64,000 bases of DNA from an uncultured Lachnospiraceae bacterium. Lineage in GTDB: Bacteria; Bacillota; Clostridia; Lachnospirales; Lachnospiraceae. The position numbers and the translations under genes are program-made. Of the stretch, positions 10,575-21,448 are shown piece by piece; the stretch's first letter is position 1; every line of letters starts with the position of its first letter. The stretch spans positions 1 to 64,000 of the forward strand of contig CBFFWQ010000011.1 in NCBI GenBank assembly GCA_965645705.1. Direction: 5' to 3'. A model generated the notes under the pieces. The model was not told the DNA's origin. It ran no database searches and was given only the letters and a program-made list of their open reading frames with translations.

Positions 10575-11261
10575 CTAGGAGATAACCTTGTAACGTAACC
10601 GTACAAAGGAATCTTCCAAAGCAGACGCCTTCTCAAGCTGAAGCACACCTAACTTGTCCAACTCTCTAGGATTTGTTAATGACTGACCATCAATTAAAGT
10701 TGGAGTATCCCTGCCTCCTACTAAAACAGGAGCAATCACTACATCAACAAAATCAATCACTTTCTCACGTAATAGAAGTCCATTCAAAGTACCGCCAGAC
10801 TGCAGAGTAATTCGTTCACACCCATACAAGCTATACAAATCTCGGAGTACACCAGCTAAACAAAGGCTATCGTAAGAAAGAATTTCCAAATTTTCACACG
10901 CAACGGAACGTGCTGGGTGTCTATGATTAGTTGTAACAATGAATACACTGCTATACCTTGAGCACAAATACTCTACGCCATGCTTTGTTAAATTCCAGTT
11001 ATCGACAGCTACAAAATTAATACCAATTACTGTCGAATCTTCTAGCTGATTCTCGTTGACACCAATTTTAGCTTGTGTCTTTCCAGTACACAAAGACCAT
11101 AAATCAGTCGTTTGCTCGATCTCATAATACTGGTGCAAACCCTCTTTAATGCCGGAAATAATAGCAAAATCCTTATCTGCGTCAAGACTGTCACTTGAAC
11201 CTGTACTAATCTTTCCATCTACAGACTGCAATAAAAACAAAGTAGTTACTGGTCTTTCCAT
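10575..11261 (-). CDS. RibD C-terminal-domain / dihydrofolate-reductase-like reductase
   Basis: LLQSVDGKIS N-terminal motif and C-terminal ITLQSGGTLNGLLL...VIAPVLVGG. Start trimmed to ATG 11261 (MERPV), preceded by AAAGGGGTG. Confidence 0.65.
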   Translation of the reverse strand: MERPVTTLFLLQSVDGKISTGSSDSLDADKDFAIISGIKEGLHQYYEIEQTTDLWSLCTGKTQAKIGVNENQLEDSTVIGINFVAVDNWNLTKHGVEYLCSRYSSVFIVTTNHRHPARSVACENLEILSYDSLCLAGVLRDLYSLYGCERITLQSGGTLNGLLLREKVIDFVDVVIAPVLVGGRDTPTLIDGQSLTNPRELDKLGVLQLEKASALEDSFVRLRYKVIS

Positions 11262-11354
11262 AAAAAAACACCCCTTTTCATACTTACACAAAAAACGCAC
11301 CTAAGTAAGCCGAAAATCCGGCAGAACCTAAAGGAACTACCATACAACTATAAA

Positions 11355-11390
11355 GCAAAATGGCAGACGCTGTTACACGCCTGCCATTAA
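11355..11390 (-). terminator. Rho-independent terminator (ATGGCAG...CTGCCAT stem plus TTTT) after the SPFH gene. The 32-mer is identical to 54564-54595.
   Basis: 7-bp GC-rich stem with 14-nt loop GCGTGTAACAGCGT followed by a U-tract in gene sense. Confidence 0.6.
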
Positions 11391-11420
11391 AATGACTGTA
11401 CAAGTCAATCATCAAAAATC

Positions 11421-12419
11421 TTAGTCTTTCTTCTTCTCTTTTTTCTCTTCTTCAATAACCTCATCGCCACTGACCGTTATAACTGGATCTACTCCCTGCA
11501 TAACAATCCAACCATGCTCCATGCGAGCCTCAGCTTCTTTCATCTCAATCAAATTCTTATTAATACTTTCTGCAATCTTCTTGTTCGCCTTAGCTTCTGC
11601 TTCCGCCTCAATCAACTTTGCCTTTGCCTCTGCTTCTGCCTTAGCAATAATAACATCATTTTCATTTTGTTGTGTAACCAGTTTCTGCTCAGAAGAAAAC
11701 TTCTCATTGATAGATTCCTGAATCTTATCATCTTCGTACTGTAAACCGTCTTTCATTCCCAGTACAGTTATCGTAATTCCCTTGTCAGCAAAATACTTCT
11801 CTACATCTTCCCGCACTGTTTTCATAATCTTCTCTTTATCTGCAAGAATCTCATTCAGCGTTAGCTTTGCACACTGTTCTACAAACTTGCCCTCAACCCT
11901 TGCTCTAATCTCCGTATCCATAATTTCCTGCAAAGTCTTGTTATTGTAAGAATAAAGAAACTTTACAGCGTCGTCCTCTGTATAAATCTGAGCAGAGCAG
12001 TTCATACCAACAGAAAAACCAATATTCTCTTTCGACTCTGCATAAATTGCTTGATTCACTGTGGATGTACCAGAATCTTTCTGGCTATTCCATTCCCGTG
12101 TTTCTGGAGTACGCTCCACAATAATCAGCTTATGCGTTGGTCGCCACTCCCCTTGCCAGCCAAAGCGTCTTGTTTGTACCCAACGATGCGGAATTTGAAT
12201 CTCCTTGGTAGCAACTTTCGCTTCTGCAAGCAAAGCTTCAGATTCAAAAGAAGCCTGTTCTCCTGTGTCACCCAGCAATGGAATCAAAAACGCTGTTTGA
12301 CTTGCTTCAATCGTTACAAACTCTGGAGTGTCATAAGGACGAACAGAACCCGTTGTACTACTAGAAGAAACTATCAACAAACTTGCTAACAATAAACGCC
12401 TTACACTTGCACTTATCAT
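11421..12419 (-). CDS. SPFH/band-7 (flotillin/stomatin/HflK-like) protein with N-terminal signal/anchor and C-terminal AEAEAKAK coiled coil
   Basis: SPFH core plus EA-repeat C-terminus typical of YqiK/flotillin-like proteins. GGAGG SD 10 nt upstream. Confidence 0.7.
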   Translation of the reverse strand: MISASVRRLLLASLLIVSSSSTTGSVRPYDTPEFVTIEASQTAFLIPLLGDTGEQASFESEALLAEAKVATKEIQIPHRWVQTRRFGWQGEWRPTHKLIIVERTPETREWNSQKDSGTSTVNQAIYAESKENIGFSVGMNCSAQIYTEDDAVKFLYSYNNKTLQEIMDTEIRARVEGKFVEQCAKLTLNEILADKEKIMKTVREDVEKYFADKGITITVLGMKDGLQYEDDKIQESINEKFSSEQKLVTQQNENDVIIAKAEAEAKAKLIEAEAEAKANKKIAESINKNLIEMKEAEARMEHGWIVMQGVDPVITVSGDEVIEEEKKEKKKD

Positions 12420-12424
12420 AATAA

Positions 12425-12742
12425 TTAATCCTCCTTGTCCTTTTCTGTTCCCTTACTTGGAATTACAAGGCTAATACCAAGCCCTATACCAACTAAAGCG
12501 AAAGGAATCCATAAATGATTTCTTACGAAATAATACATTCGCAATGGTAAATCAGAGCCTGCTTCATTTTTAAGTTGATCTAAAGCAATGCTATTAATAA
12601 TCATTGTATCTAAATACTGCATCAATAAAGACACCGCAATTAACACACCAAAATAAATACCAACTGCTATTAACTTTTTACGCACCAAAATCACCTGCCT
12701 TTCATGACCTAAAGGAGAATACCTACGAAACTTGCCTTGCAT
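12425..12742 (-). CDS. Small two-TM membrane protein, translationally coupled to the SPFH gene (NfeD-like partner position)
   Basis: Two hydrophobic helices. Its stop lies 6 nt before the SPFH start. Confidence 0.4.
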   Translation of the reverse strand: MQGKFRRYSPLGHERQVILVRKKLIAVGIYFGVLIAVSLLMQYLDTMIINSIALDQLKNEAGSDLPLRMYYFVRNHLWIPFALVGIGLGISLVIPSKGTEKDKED

Positions 12743-12923
12743 AAACCACGATGAAAGAATCTAAAGTTTACACGCTGGTACTAATAATAGAAAAATCCCC
12801 TGCACCTAACTAAAGATACTGGGATACAGTACTAAACAATTAAAGGATAAGGTAGCAACAAACTATTCAATTGGCAAACCTAAAGCTTGGTCACAATACT
12901 AAGCAAAGATTCTGAACAAAAAC

Positions 12924-13370
12924 CTACAGGAAAGCATTAACAGTCCTTGCACATGTTGAATCATCAGAGGTTCTGGAAGAACTAGAGGTTTCAGCATTGG
13001 CAGAATTATGATTTTTATACGAATCGAATTGTTGCTGAAATACATCTTCAACATATTGACTTTTAAGGTCATCAGGAATCCCCATCACACCCATACTCAT
13101 TAAATCCTCAACTGAATAATCAGGAAGAATTCCGTACTTCACAAATGGCATAATCCATTCCTCAATCGCCTCTTGTTTTGTCAAGTTAAATCTTTTTAGG
13201 GAATATGGTGACATCCGATCTAAAGCCTCCGATAATAAAATAGGTATAAAATAATGTTTAAGTAAACCTGTACAATTAGTGAATGTTTTACCTAAAGCTA
13301 AAGGATTTACAGAACTAAGTTCAGCAACTTGCTCATCACTAAGACTTAAATTAAAACAAGAAGTATACAT
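12924..13370 (-). CDS. Hypothetical protein ending ...CARTVNAFL (member of the VNAF-tail set)
   Basis: ORF with the shared C-terminal motif. Confidence 0.4.
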   Translation of the reverse strand: MYTSCFNLSLSDEQVAELSSVNPLALGKTFTNCTGLLKHYFIPILLSEALDRMSPYSLKRFNLTKQEAIEEWIMPFVKYGILPDYSVEDLMSMGVMGIPDDLKSQYVEDVFQQQFDSYKNHNSANAETSSSSRTSDDSTCARTVNAFL

Positions 13371-13412
13371 ATCCTCGGTCTGTTCCGTACACTCAATATC
13401 GTAAACCTTTTT

Positions 13413-13850
13413 TTAACTTATACAACAATAATACATTAACTGACGACTGCACTCTGGTACAGGATCAAAAATAGCACCTTCTTCCAACACACTGCAACCA
13501 GAGAACATTTCGTCACAATTAACTACAGTTGATGGAATACTACCAGCATTTACTAAACTCTTACAACCATGATACATATTACTTGTATCCAACACACCAT
13601 TTGGTAATTCTGCTGCTTGTGTTAAAAAACAACTAGAGTAAAAAGTGCAATTGCAATAAACTACACTGTCGGGAATAAAAGGTGGCATTACTAATTTAGA
13701 ACCCCTGAAAGTATCTGATAAATCAATAACACCGTTTGGAATAACAATCTTAGAACCATCTGTTTCATTACCGATATAAACAGATTTTTGCAACCATAAA
13801 AATTTTGAATTGAGTTTCATCATAATCAAAAACTCCCAATTCACCTTCAT
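13413..13850 (-). CDS. BspA-type leucine-rich-repeat protein (short)
   Basis: Repeats of IPNGVxxLxxxFxGCxSL type. Confidence 0.45.
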   Translation of the reverse strand: MKVNWEFLIMMKLNSKFLWLQKSVYIGNETDGSKIVIPNGVIDLSDTFRGSKLVMPPFIPDSVVYCNCTFYSSCFLTQAAELPNGVLDTSNMYHGCKSLVNAGSIPSTVVNCDEMFSGCSVLEEGAIFDPVPECSRQLMYYCCIS

Positions 13851-14278
13851 AATGTTTCATAATAAATTACCTACCTTTCTCAAAATACAATTAATAATAG
13901 ATACTTGATACACATGAGGTTTCAGTACCTGCAACTCGTGAGCATAATGTGATTGCCTACATACAAGCAGTCTTCCAAACCCACTAAACAAAATAAATTA
14001 GACCTGTTTAGAAACTTGCTTCTACTAATCTAAAGGGTACAAATTCCGAATACGCCAGCAAAACAAGAATTACCAAACACACCTATTACCTTACGTTCCA
14101 CCCAACAATAAGTTACTGAATTAAATACAACAACCATTCTTTGAAACTAAAGGAATAGTTGACGAGCTATTAAACTCAATCAACTAAGAATTTCCTAATA
14201 ACTGCAAACTGCAGTATCAGACCTAAAGACTGCAAAAGAAATCCCAGCACCTACTTGAAAGATGCTGGGGATACAATA

Positions 14279-14983
14279 CTATAGACAACTGGCACAAAAT
14301 ACACCAAAATTCTGGAACATTAACTCCAACCGATCAATAATCTTCTCTGTATGATAATGACCACAATACCACTTCTTATAATCAAGCTTTTCTTCTATCC
14401 GATCTAACCATTCTTCGGTAGATTTATCAACTTTACTTTGGTCTATTCCTTGCAAGAATACTTCTACAGGCTCATACTTTAATGGAGTTGTATGCGACAA
14501 GACAACATCTATTTTCCAATCACAAACATCTAATTGCTGTTCTACAACTCTCTTAATTTCTTTGGAGGGTTGTTCATCTTCCCACCACGGATACCCATAA
14601 GCAAGCCTCAGCGACTTATCTACACTGTAAGCACCACCGATAACAATAGTCTTTAAACCATTAAAATCAAAAATTTCTCCGTCTTTACCAAACAGTATAT
14701 TAGGATACTCTTTCTCCACATAAACTTTACCACCACGCCAATCCATCTCTTTATAAGAAGGAATAGTAGCGGGTCGTTGCTCATGATTACCATGAATGCA
14801 AAACAATATTATAGGCATGGCAGCTATAAAACGTTTTGTAGCCTCATCTCGGAAACCGCCACTAAAATTAATACCTGCATCACCGAGAATAATCAGAACA
14901 TCATCAATAGAAGTTCCAACTTTTCTACAAAAATTAAATACACGACCAAAATCGCCGTGTGTATCTCCCGTTATATAAATCAT
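14279..14983 (-). CDS. Calcineurin-like metallophosphoesterase
   Basis: MIYITGDTHGDF, ILGDAG, GNHE and GHYH motifs. Confidence 0.65.
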   Translation of the reverse strand: MIYITGDTHGDFGRVFNFCRKVGTSIDDVLIILGDAGINFSGGFRDEATKRFIAAMPIILFCIHGNHEQRPATIPSYKEMDWRGGKVYVEKEYPNILFGKDGEIFDFNGLKTIVIGGAYSVDKSLRLAYGYPWWEDEQPSKEIKRVVEQQLDVCDWKIDVVLSHTTPLKYEPVEVFLQGIDQSKVDKSTEEWLDRIEEKLDYKKWYCGHYHTEKIIDRLELMFQNFGVFCASCL

Positions 14984-15285
14984 CCAATCACCTACTTTCT
15001 ACAGAACAATAGAAAAGAATCCTGTCGTAAATACCTCATTACAATAATCACAATTTACGATTTTCGTAAATGCTATAAACTTCGAACTCCTCTTCTGGAA
15101 AACTAGCAAATCTAAAGACTCAGGAAAACTCATCTTGCTCAAATGTTCTACAATTCCTTACAGCACTACTTCTAATTTCCCCAAATCAGAAGCTTTATCC
15201 TTTTACGAAACTAAAGTCACTCATGCTAAAGTAGTCGGTATACAGAAACAACGCAACGCTCATCCAAAACTAAAGGACGCACCAT

Positions 15286-15322
15286 AAAAGAAAACGGGTA
15301 GCCGCTGTTACACGACTACCCG
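15286..15322 (-). terminator. Rho-independent terminator (CGGGTAG...CTACCCG stem with the same GCTGTTACACG loop as the 11355 and 54564 terminators) just downstream of the tRNA
   Basis: Hairpin followed by TTTTCTTTT in gene sense. Confidence 0.5.
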
Positions 15323-15602
15323 ATACACGATTAATTTAGAAAACTATAGCCTACAATACAGCCATGTGGAAACTCAAGACTATACGGTTCTAGCACAACC
15401 ATACTCATGGATTTCGATACCAATACGATATCTACAAAACAATTTACAAATCACGAAAAACTATTGAAGACAAAACAAAAAACAAAGAACAGAAAACCGA
15501 AAACAATTGACGAAAAACAAAAAATTATCCAAATGCACGAATAAGAACATCCTACTTGCCAAGCAAGTCTCATGCTTACACTGTACATTAATCACTATTC
15601 GG

Positions 15603-15677
15603 CTTTGAAAAAGGGATTTGAACCCTCGACCTTTTGATTAACCATCAAACGCTCCAACCAGACTGAGCTATTTCGAA
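15603..15677 (-). tRNA. tRNA-like gene with anticodon GUU (Asn) if the loop is read canonically. It has an atypical G at position 33 and a C-A mismatch in the acceptor stem.
   Basis: Reverse complement folds as acceptor TTCGAAA/TTTCAAA, D-arm GCTC-AGTCTGGTTG-GAGC, anticodon stem TTTGA/TCAAA with loop TGGTTAA, T-arm GAGGG-TTCAAAT-CCCTT. 75 nt; no encoded CCA. Confidence 0.5.
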
Positions 15678-15748
15678 AAAAAAACTGTGGAATAATCCCT
15701 CCACAAGGGAGAACCGAATTTAGAGTTTTCGTATTGCAGGCAAATTAA

Positions 15749-16399
15749 TTAAAATTCAATCATTGTTGTAGCATTAGAAACCTTGATCTTAGTATCTAAT
15801 TCTTGTAATAAACTATCTCTGCTATCAACTAAAGACTCAATCTTTTTCTTCAAATCTAAAGGATCAACGAACTCAAAGCTATTCTCCCGTACATACACTT
15901 CCACAGGCTCCAAAAGAGAATTATCTTCTTTCACTTTAGAATCCTTGCCAAGAATACTATTTCGCATTACTTCTGCAGAAGACTGTACTCTCTGATTCTC
16001 ATTATTCACAATTCTAACTGCATTATCATAAGCCTCTGTCATCTTCTTGATAAGAAGTGAATCAAAATCCGTAACAACAGAAGTTTCTTTTAACCTCGTT
16101 CTTAAGGCAATCGCTGCTGCTATACTGCATCTACCAGACGAAAGTTCGATAAAAGTATTAGCATTAGAATTAATAATAGCAGCATCAAGTCGTTGATACC
16201 TCTCAATCAAATCCTGTATCTGTTGAAGCTGCGAAATGGCATTTTGCTCGAATTCTTTGCGAGGAATAAGGTTTGTTGATACCTTTTCCTCATTATGACG
16301 AATAGTACCAATAAAATTTGCACCCTTAATCTTGTTTGAAATCTTCTTCACAAGCAAATCTCTTTCATCAAGGGCTTGCGTTACTAACATCTGTTCCAT
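15749..16399 (-). CDS. Hypothetical coiled-coil-rich protein
   Basis: ORF only. Confidence 0.35.
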   Translation of the reverse strand: MEQMLVTQALDERDLLVKKISNKIKGANFIGTIRHNEEKVSTNLIPRKEFEQNAISQLQQIQDLIERYQRLDAAIINSNANTFIELSSGRCSIAAAIALRTRLKETSVVTDFDSLLIKKMTEAYDNAVRIVNNENQRVQSSAEVMRNSILGKDSKVKEDNSLLEPVEVYVRENSFEFVDPLDLKKKIESLVDSRDSLLQELDTKIKVSNATTMIEF

Positions 16400-16690
16400 C
16401 TTTTTACCACCTTTCTACTATCGAAAAATAAATGCACTTTTCCAAAATCAATAATTTATTTGCACATAAATTAAAAATACTTTTTTTATTGTTTTCACGC
16501 CGTTGATTTTAATTAAAAATTTTATGTTTTTTTCAAAAATTTTGTATTTTCTTCAAAAAAAAAAAGATTTCGTTATACTTACGAAATCTCCGAGTCACGA
16601 CACAAAGGTAAGAACCTAAGCACAAAACCCTATCATAAACAACAATACTGCAACTTACAAATGCACAGAATCTAAAAGTAATCAAGTCTG

Positions 16691-16888
16691 CTAATCAACA
16701 GACTTTTCACCTAAATGAGCTAAAGTATCATGCAATGTCTGCTGAGCATTAACTTCCTTCGTTTCTACTGTATCGAAAATAGAAAATACAAATACGCAAA
16801 CAAAAATAACGAAAATGATAAGAATATCTAAAACTACCTTACTGCTTTTGCTACTTTTTTTCATAATAATCACCTCTAATGCTTTCAA
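16691..16888 (-). CDS. Small single-TM membrane protein
   Basis: Begins MKKSSKSSK followed by a 25-aa hydrophobic helix. Confidence 0.25.
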   Translation of the reverse strand: MKALEVIIMKKSSKSSKVVLDILIIFVIFVCVFVFSIFDTVETKEVNAQQTLHDTLAHLGEKSVD

Positions 16889-17798
16889 AAATTACGGAAC
16901 TTTCTAGATTGTGTATTCACAGTATGCGTGAAGTTAGGAAATTCTTGCAAGAAAGAGAAATTGCAGATCTTTTCGTAATAAAAATGTAATATGATTTCAA
17001 AACTAAAGATATCGAAGAGAAAATCTGAACAGAGTCGGAAAAACATAAATACTACACACAATAGATTACTGATATGATAAAAGACATGATTTTAATCCAT
17101 AGGTGAGAATCTAAAGAGAGTCTTTATACAAAATAGGGTAAGAATCTAAAGCCTATAATATGGTTTTAATCATAATACTTTATTCTCTTCCTATACAAGA
17201 ATAGTAATTACTGCGAACTATCCGTTACCTAAAGTAAAGGTAATGGGCTTCTAAGAGGCTAACAACTCTATTTAAGAAGTTTGATATTTATGTTTACATC
17301 TGATAAGTCAGACAATCCTTATTCTCAGAGAAGTGTCCACTTCTCATCTACCGTATAATATGTAGTACTTTCCATGAAGGAAAAGTATCCCAAGCACAAC
17401 GCTACTTTTTCTTGTAAGCTGTATGACTATTTTTTACAGAAGGCTAACTGACATTTAAAATTTTACGTACTGTACGGCTAGACAGTACAAACACCCATTT
17501 TAACTTGCCAAAGTACAATAGAATGTGCTTATATTTGTATCACGCCATATAATTCTCAGAAAAATAAATTTTTTGTAATGCCATTCAAGCCATGATCTAA
17601 AGACATGGCTTTCTGACTGAAACTTTATAAAATTAAAGAAATAAAATTTCCTGAAAATAATAATGTAAAGAAATGTATATCAACGATAAGATTTAAAGAT
17701 GATACAGAATAAAACTTACTTTTCTTCAAAGACAGTTTTGGAGTAAAATAAATCTAAAGAAGGGCATTAATTCCATTGGCTCTATTAGAATTTGTAAA

Positions 17799-18002
17799 TT
17801 ATTGAGATTCCTCTGTTATTTCCATTAAAAGATTAAGGTTATATGGTTCTTTTCCTCTACCTATAATTAGCTCCTGATACTTTTGCTCATATAAATCCTC
17901 ATCAAATTGTGTAAAAGTTTCATCAGATGCAACATGGGACTGTCTTTCACAACAGGAAATAAAATCAGTACCAAGAAGACAAGAAAGCTCGTCTGCTTTC
18001 AT
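17799..18002 (-). pseudogene. Fragment of the retropepsin-like protein family (LLGTDFISCCERQSHVASD matches LLGADFISCCQWQCNIASD of the 34190 ORF)
   Basis: Local similarity to the C-terminal half of 34190..34774. Lies in an otherwise ORF-poor region. Confidence 0.35.
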
Positions 18003-18423
18003 TTCATAGTGCGGTCGTGCACATCACTTTATACTAAGCGGTTATGTTTTTCGACCGCTAGTATAGTAACATTAAATTTATGATTACTATCATCTATTTC
18101 GTAGATCAATTCTTTTAACATAGTAGCACTTAGAATCATACTAAATGAAACTGCTGTATCACTATTAGATATCACAGGTAAACTTGGAAACATTAAATCA
18201 CCAAGTTCAAACATAATTCGATATAAATTTCTCGTAGCTATGCCACTGAAGCCTGTAAAAGAAACATTTTTTACCAATTTAGCATTAAATTTTTCTAATA
18301 ATATCCTTTCATTTGCTGTCCAAACTGGGAAATAAGCTACAGTATCTAAAAGAACTCTTAGCCCATCTTATAATTTTATTACAGGACGTTGTTGCGTAGC
18401 ATCCAAATTTAATGTAAATTGCT

Positions 18424-18660
18424 TCATCCATGTACCCTCACCATACCTAATTGAAAGACATTATCTGGAGTAGTATACACAGCATCAACCTCTCCTTCGA
18501 TTGCCATTACTGTCAATTCATCTTTTGATTTTTCCGTGTACTTTACAACAGCAGATTCTACAGAAACTACATCATCATTTACATACCTCACATCAACCAA
18601 ACCTACCCACCTGTCAGGGTACTTTTCCTGAATTTGTTTCCATGTTAATCTTTCTTCCAT
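18424..18660 (-). CDS. Hypothetical small protein
   Basis: ORF only. Confidence 0.25.
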   Translation of the reverse strand: MEERLTWKQIQEKYPDRWVGLVDVRYVNDDVVSVESAVVKYTEKSKDELTVMAIEGEVDAVYTTPDNVFQLGMVRVHG

Positions 18661-19280
18661 AAATTACCTCCATTCTAAATAGTACGTTATCGGCTTCTCA
18701 TTCATTCTATCACAGTATTGTATTAAATTCCATAAAAAAATTACAAATTATTTTTGCTTTCAAAATGAAAAGAGAATCCAATACAATTAGCGTGTATGCC
18801 TTTTAATGACTAAATTTAAAATAGAGGAACGTTGACTATTACTTTTATGTAAAATTACAGTCTAAACTTCGGATACCTTTTGAATACAAGAAAAAGAATT
18901 ATTAAAGGTACTGTTAGCTACATCAAAATCATATTTCTTATAGCAATCCAATAAAAGTATAGCGTATTGCTAAATGCAAATTATATTATTTTCAATTTGT
19001 ATAATGCTGTTTAAATTTTTATTTGATTGCTATAAAAGCAATGAAAAACTGACCTAAAGAGCCAAGCAGAATATCGCAATCATCACTACTCATACACAAT
19101 TCACTATAATGAATTTTTAAATACTTTTCATTCTTATGATTTTATCTATCAACTTTTCTACATCTTTAGAGTCGATTTTTACCCACTGAGGTGCAGACTT
19201 AAAGGATTCCACTTGATGATTTTGTAAAAATACCATACACTGTTTTGCATTATGCTGAATCATCATTGCGTTTTTCCAAT

Positions 19281-19460
19281 ACCAGAACCACTGACTACTC
19301 CCACAGGCAAACTTGTGGTGTTCTCACTACCAAGCATAGTTCGTAATCGTACATCATTTTCAGACGTTGGAAGTACAAATATAAATCTATTTGAGTGAAA
19401 ACTTTTATTATCAAGCAGTCCAACGACCACATATTCAGAATAAACGCATAAACGGAAACA
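19281..19460. repeat. Direct repeat copy A (about 150 bp, roughly 85% identical to 20262-20420). Has a conserved small hairpin with a compensatory substitution.
   Basis: By-eye alignment. Hairpins are CCACAGG...CTTGTGG (A) and CCACAGG...CTGTGG (B). Confidence 0.6.
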
Positions 19461-19630
19461 ATTGCACAAAAAGACATTTTTGTTTATTTTACTAAAATTG
19501 AGTTAAAGTTTAACTATAACTTAAATTACAATATTCCCTACCATATTATCGCAGAAATTTCACGAAAATTACCAAAAAAATATGTAATAATATGCTTCTA
19601 TTTTCAGCAAACATTTTTCGCAAAAATGCC

Positions 19631-19660
19631 TTGACATGGGCGTTGGTAGCAAGGTATAAT
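19631..19660 (+). promoter_or_regulatory. Consensus sigma-A-type promoter (TTGACA, 18 nt, TATAAT) driving the plus-strand small ORF
   Basis: TTGACA at 19631-19636, TATAAT at 19655-19660, then AGGGAGG SD 8 nt before the ATG at 19691. Confidence 0.6.
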
Positions 19661-19690
19661 GAAAACAGTTAATGAAGGGAGGCGACAATT

Positions 19691-19900
19691 ATGAAATCAA
19701 AAAGTTTTATCGTTGGAATTGTACTATTTTTATTAGAAGTTATAGATATAATAATTTTAAATTCTATATGCTTAGAGATTGCCGCTGGAACGACAAGCTT
19801 ACTCACCATCCTTGCATCAATGCTTTTATGGATTCCTGCCTTTGTTTTTATATACATCTCGGCAGTATACCTTATAAGAAAATTATTCTGTAATTGCTAA
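19691..19900 (+). CDS. Small (69 aa) two-TM hydrophobic protein (holin-like or type-I-toxin-like)
   Basis: Strong promoter and SD. Two predicted TM helices. Bracketed by the direct repeats. Confidence 0.5.
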   Translation: MKSKSFIVGIVLFLLEVIDIIILNSICLEIAAGTTSLLTILASMLLWIPAFVFIYISAVYLIRKLFCNC

Positions 19901-20261
19901 GCCCTAATGAAATGTACTAGAGTGACTACTGCTTTAAAAAATAAAATTCATAAAACAGTAGTCACTTTTGCACGCACTCATTGTTGTGCATTCATTCTGT
20001 AACTAATCTTCTATTCTCTATTTTATATGATAGTGATTGCATAAAAGCTTCGTTACAAAACTAAAGAAATAAAATTCCCTATAAGCAATAGACTTAACAT
20101 CACTTGGTGTTAATGCCTACCTTACAAGGAAATAAATTATTCTGTTGTACCAGAAAATAATCTTTAATTTAAAAAGTTTTTCTTGCGATCTTGAATAACA
20201 GAATCTAAAGGTTTATAAAACTTCTCCAACCATCTACAACAGAAAACATTTTATTTATGAA

Positions 20262-20420
20262 TTGACCACTCCCACAGGCTAGTCTGTGGTGTTCTCACTA
20301 CAAAGCGTAGCTCGTAATCGTACATCATTTTCAAATTTTGAAAATACAAGTGTAAATCTATTTTGAATGAAAACTTTCATTACCAAGCAGTCCAATAACC
20401 ACATTAACAGTAACTTTCTG
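20262..20420. repeat. Direct repeat copy B (partner of 19281-19460)
   Basis: See copy A. Confidence 0.6.
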
Positions 20421-20614
20421 CCTTTCGACAAAGAAGTATAGTCAACCTCCATGAATATTTAAGCTGTTTTAGATTATGTGTTTATTCTAATTGTTAATTA
20501 AAAGTGGCTTTCGCCCAATACGCAAGCATGAGAGTTTTTCTCCACGAAATTATAATAACAACCAAAAAACTCAAACTTTCTGCAATACTCATAAATTTAC
20601 TTTGTAGCAATTCC

Positions 20615-21364
20615 TTAAAAGGCATTTACTCCATGAGCCTTGCCATCCTGACTATTCGCTACAGCTCTGGTATAAGATTTATAATTGTATCGTGTTACAA
20701 TAGACTCTATCTCTGCCAATGAAGACTCTAGTGCTAACTGCACAAATCTAGGCATAGCATTGTTAAGGAAACCTTGCTCTAATGCATTCCTTGCACTTTC
20801 TGTACAGTAAGATAAATTATAACCTAAAGAATCAATAGTTTCCAGCATTACTTCAAACATATTCATAGGCATAGTGATGTTTAACAAGCTAATCTTTTCT
20901 TGAATTAAAGACTTTAAGACTGGACGCACTTCACACAACCTGCTACGCATTTCTCTTACTTCCTCACTTGATGGAATTACTATAGTAACAGATTTTGCAA
21001 ATAATACTTGAGACACATACAAAACTGCAGCAGGTATTAAACCATTGCTACCATCACAATTGAAAGTAACATCACGCTGCAAAAAAGTGTCAAAATCTTC
21101 CGCTACAGGTGCTTTGTTCACAGCACGTTGAGCTCTCTTTGGCATCTGTTCTCGACCAAAATCATCGTCAGAATCAACTCCTACATCATCTAAAGTATGA
21201 TCCCAATACAACTGCTGAATCTCACACTTCTTCACTAATTCTACAAACTGAGCATACGATACGAAGAATGGATCAGCGTTATCCATAACACCGCCCTCTT
21301 TAATAAAGAAACCTACTACCTGACCGTCTTCTTTTACAGTTCCAACTTCATGATACCTTTTCAT
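20615..21364 (-). CDS. Hypothetical protein ending ...DGKAHGVNAF (VNAF-tail set)
   Basis: ORF with the shared C-terminal motif. Confidence 0.4.
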   Translation of the reverse strand: MKRYHEVGTVKEDGQVVGFFIKEGGVMDNADPFFVSYAQFVELVKKCEIQQLYWDHTLDDVGVDSDDDFGREQMPKRAQRAVNKAPVAEDFDTFLQRDVTFNCDGSNGLIPAAVLYVSQVLFAKSVTIVIPSSEEVREMRSRLCEVRPVLKSLIQEKISLLNITMPMNMFEVMLETIDSLGYNLSYCTESARNALEQGFLNNAMPRFVQLALESSLAEIESIVTRYNYKSYTRAVANSQDGKAHGVNAF

Positions 21365-21448
21365 AAAAACCTACCTTTCATAATCACGATTTCTAAATTA
21401 ACCTATCAATGCTAATATACAGAACGAACCTAAAGGTTAATGCTATGA

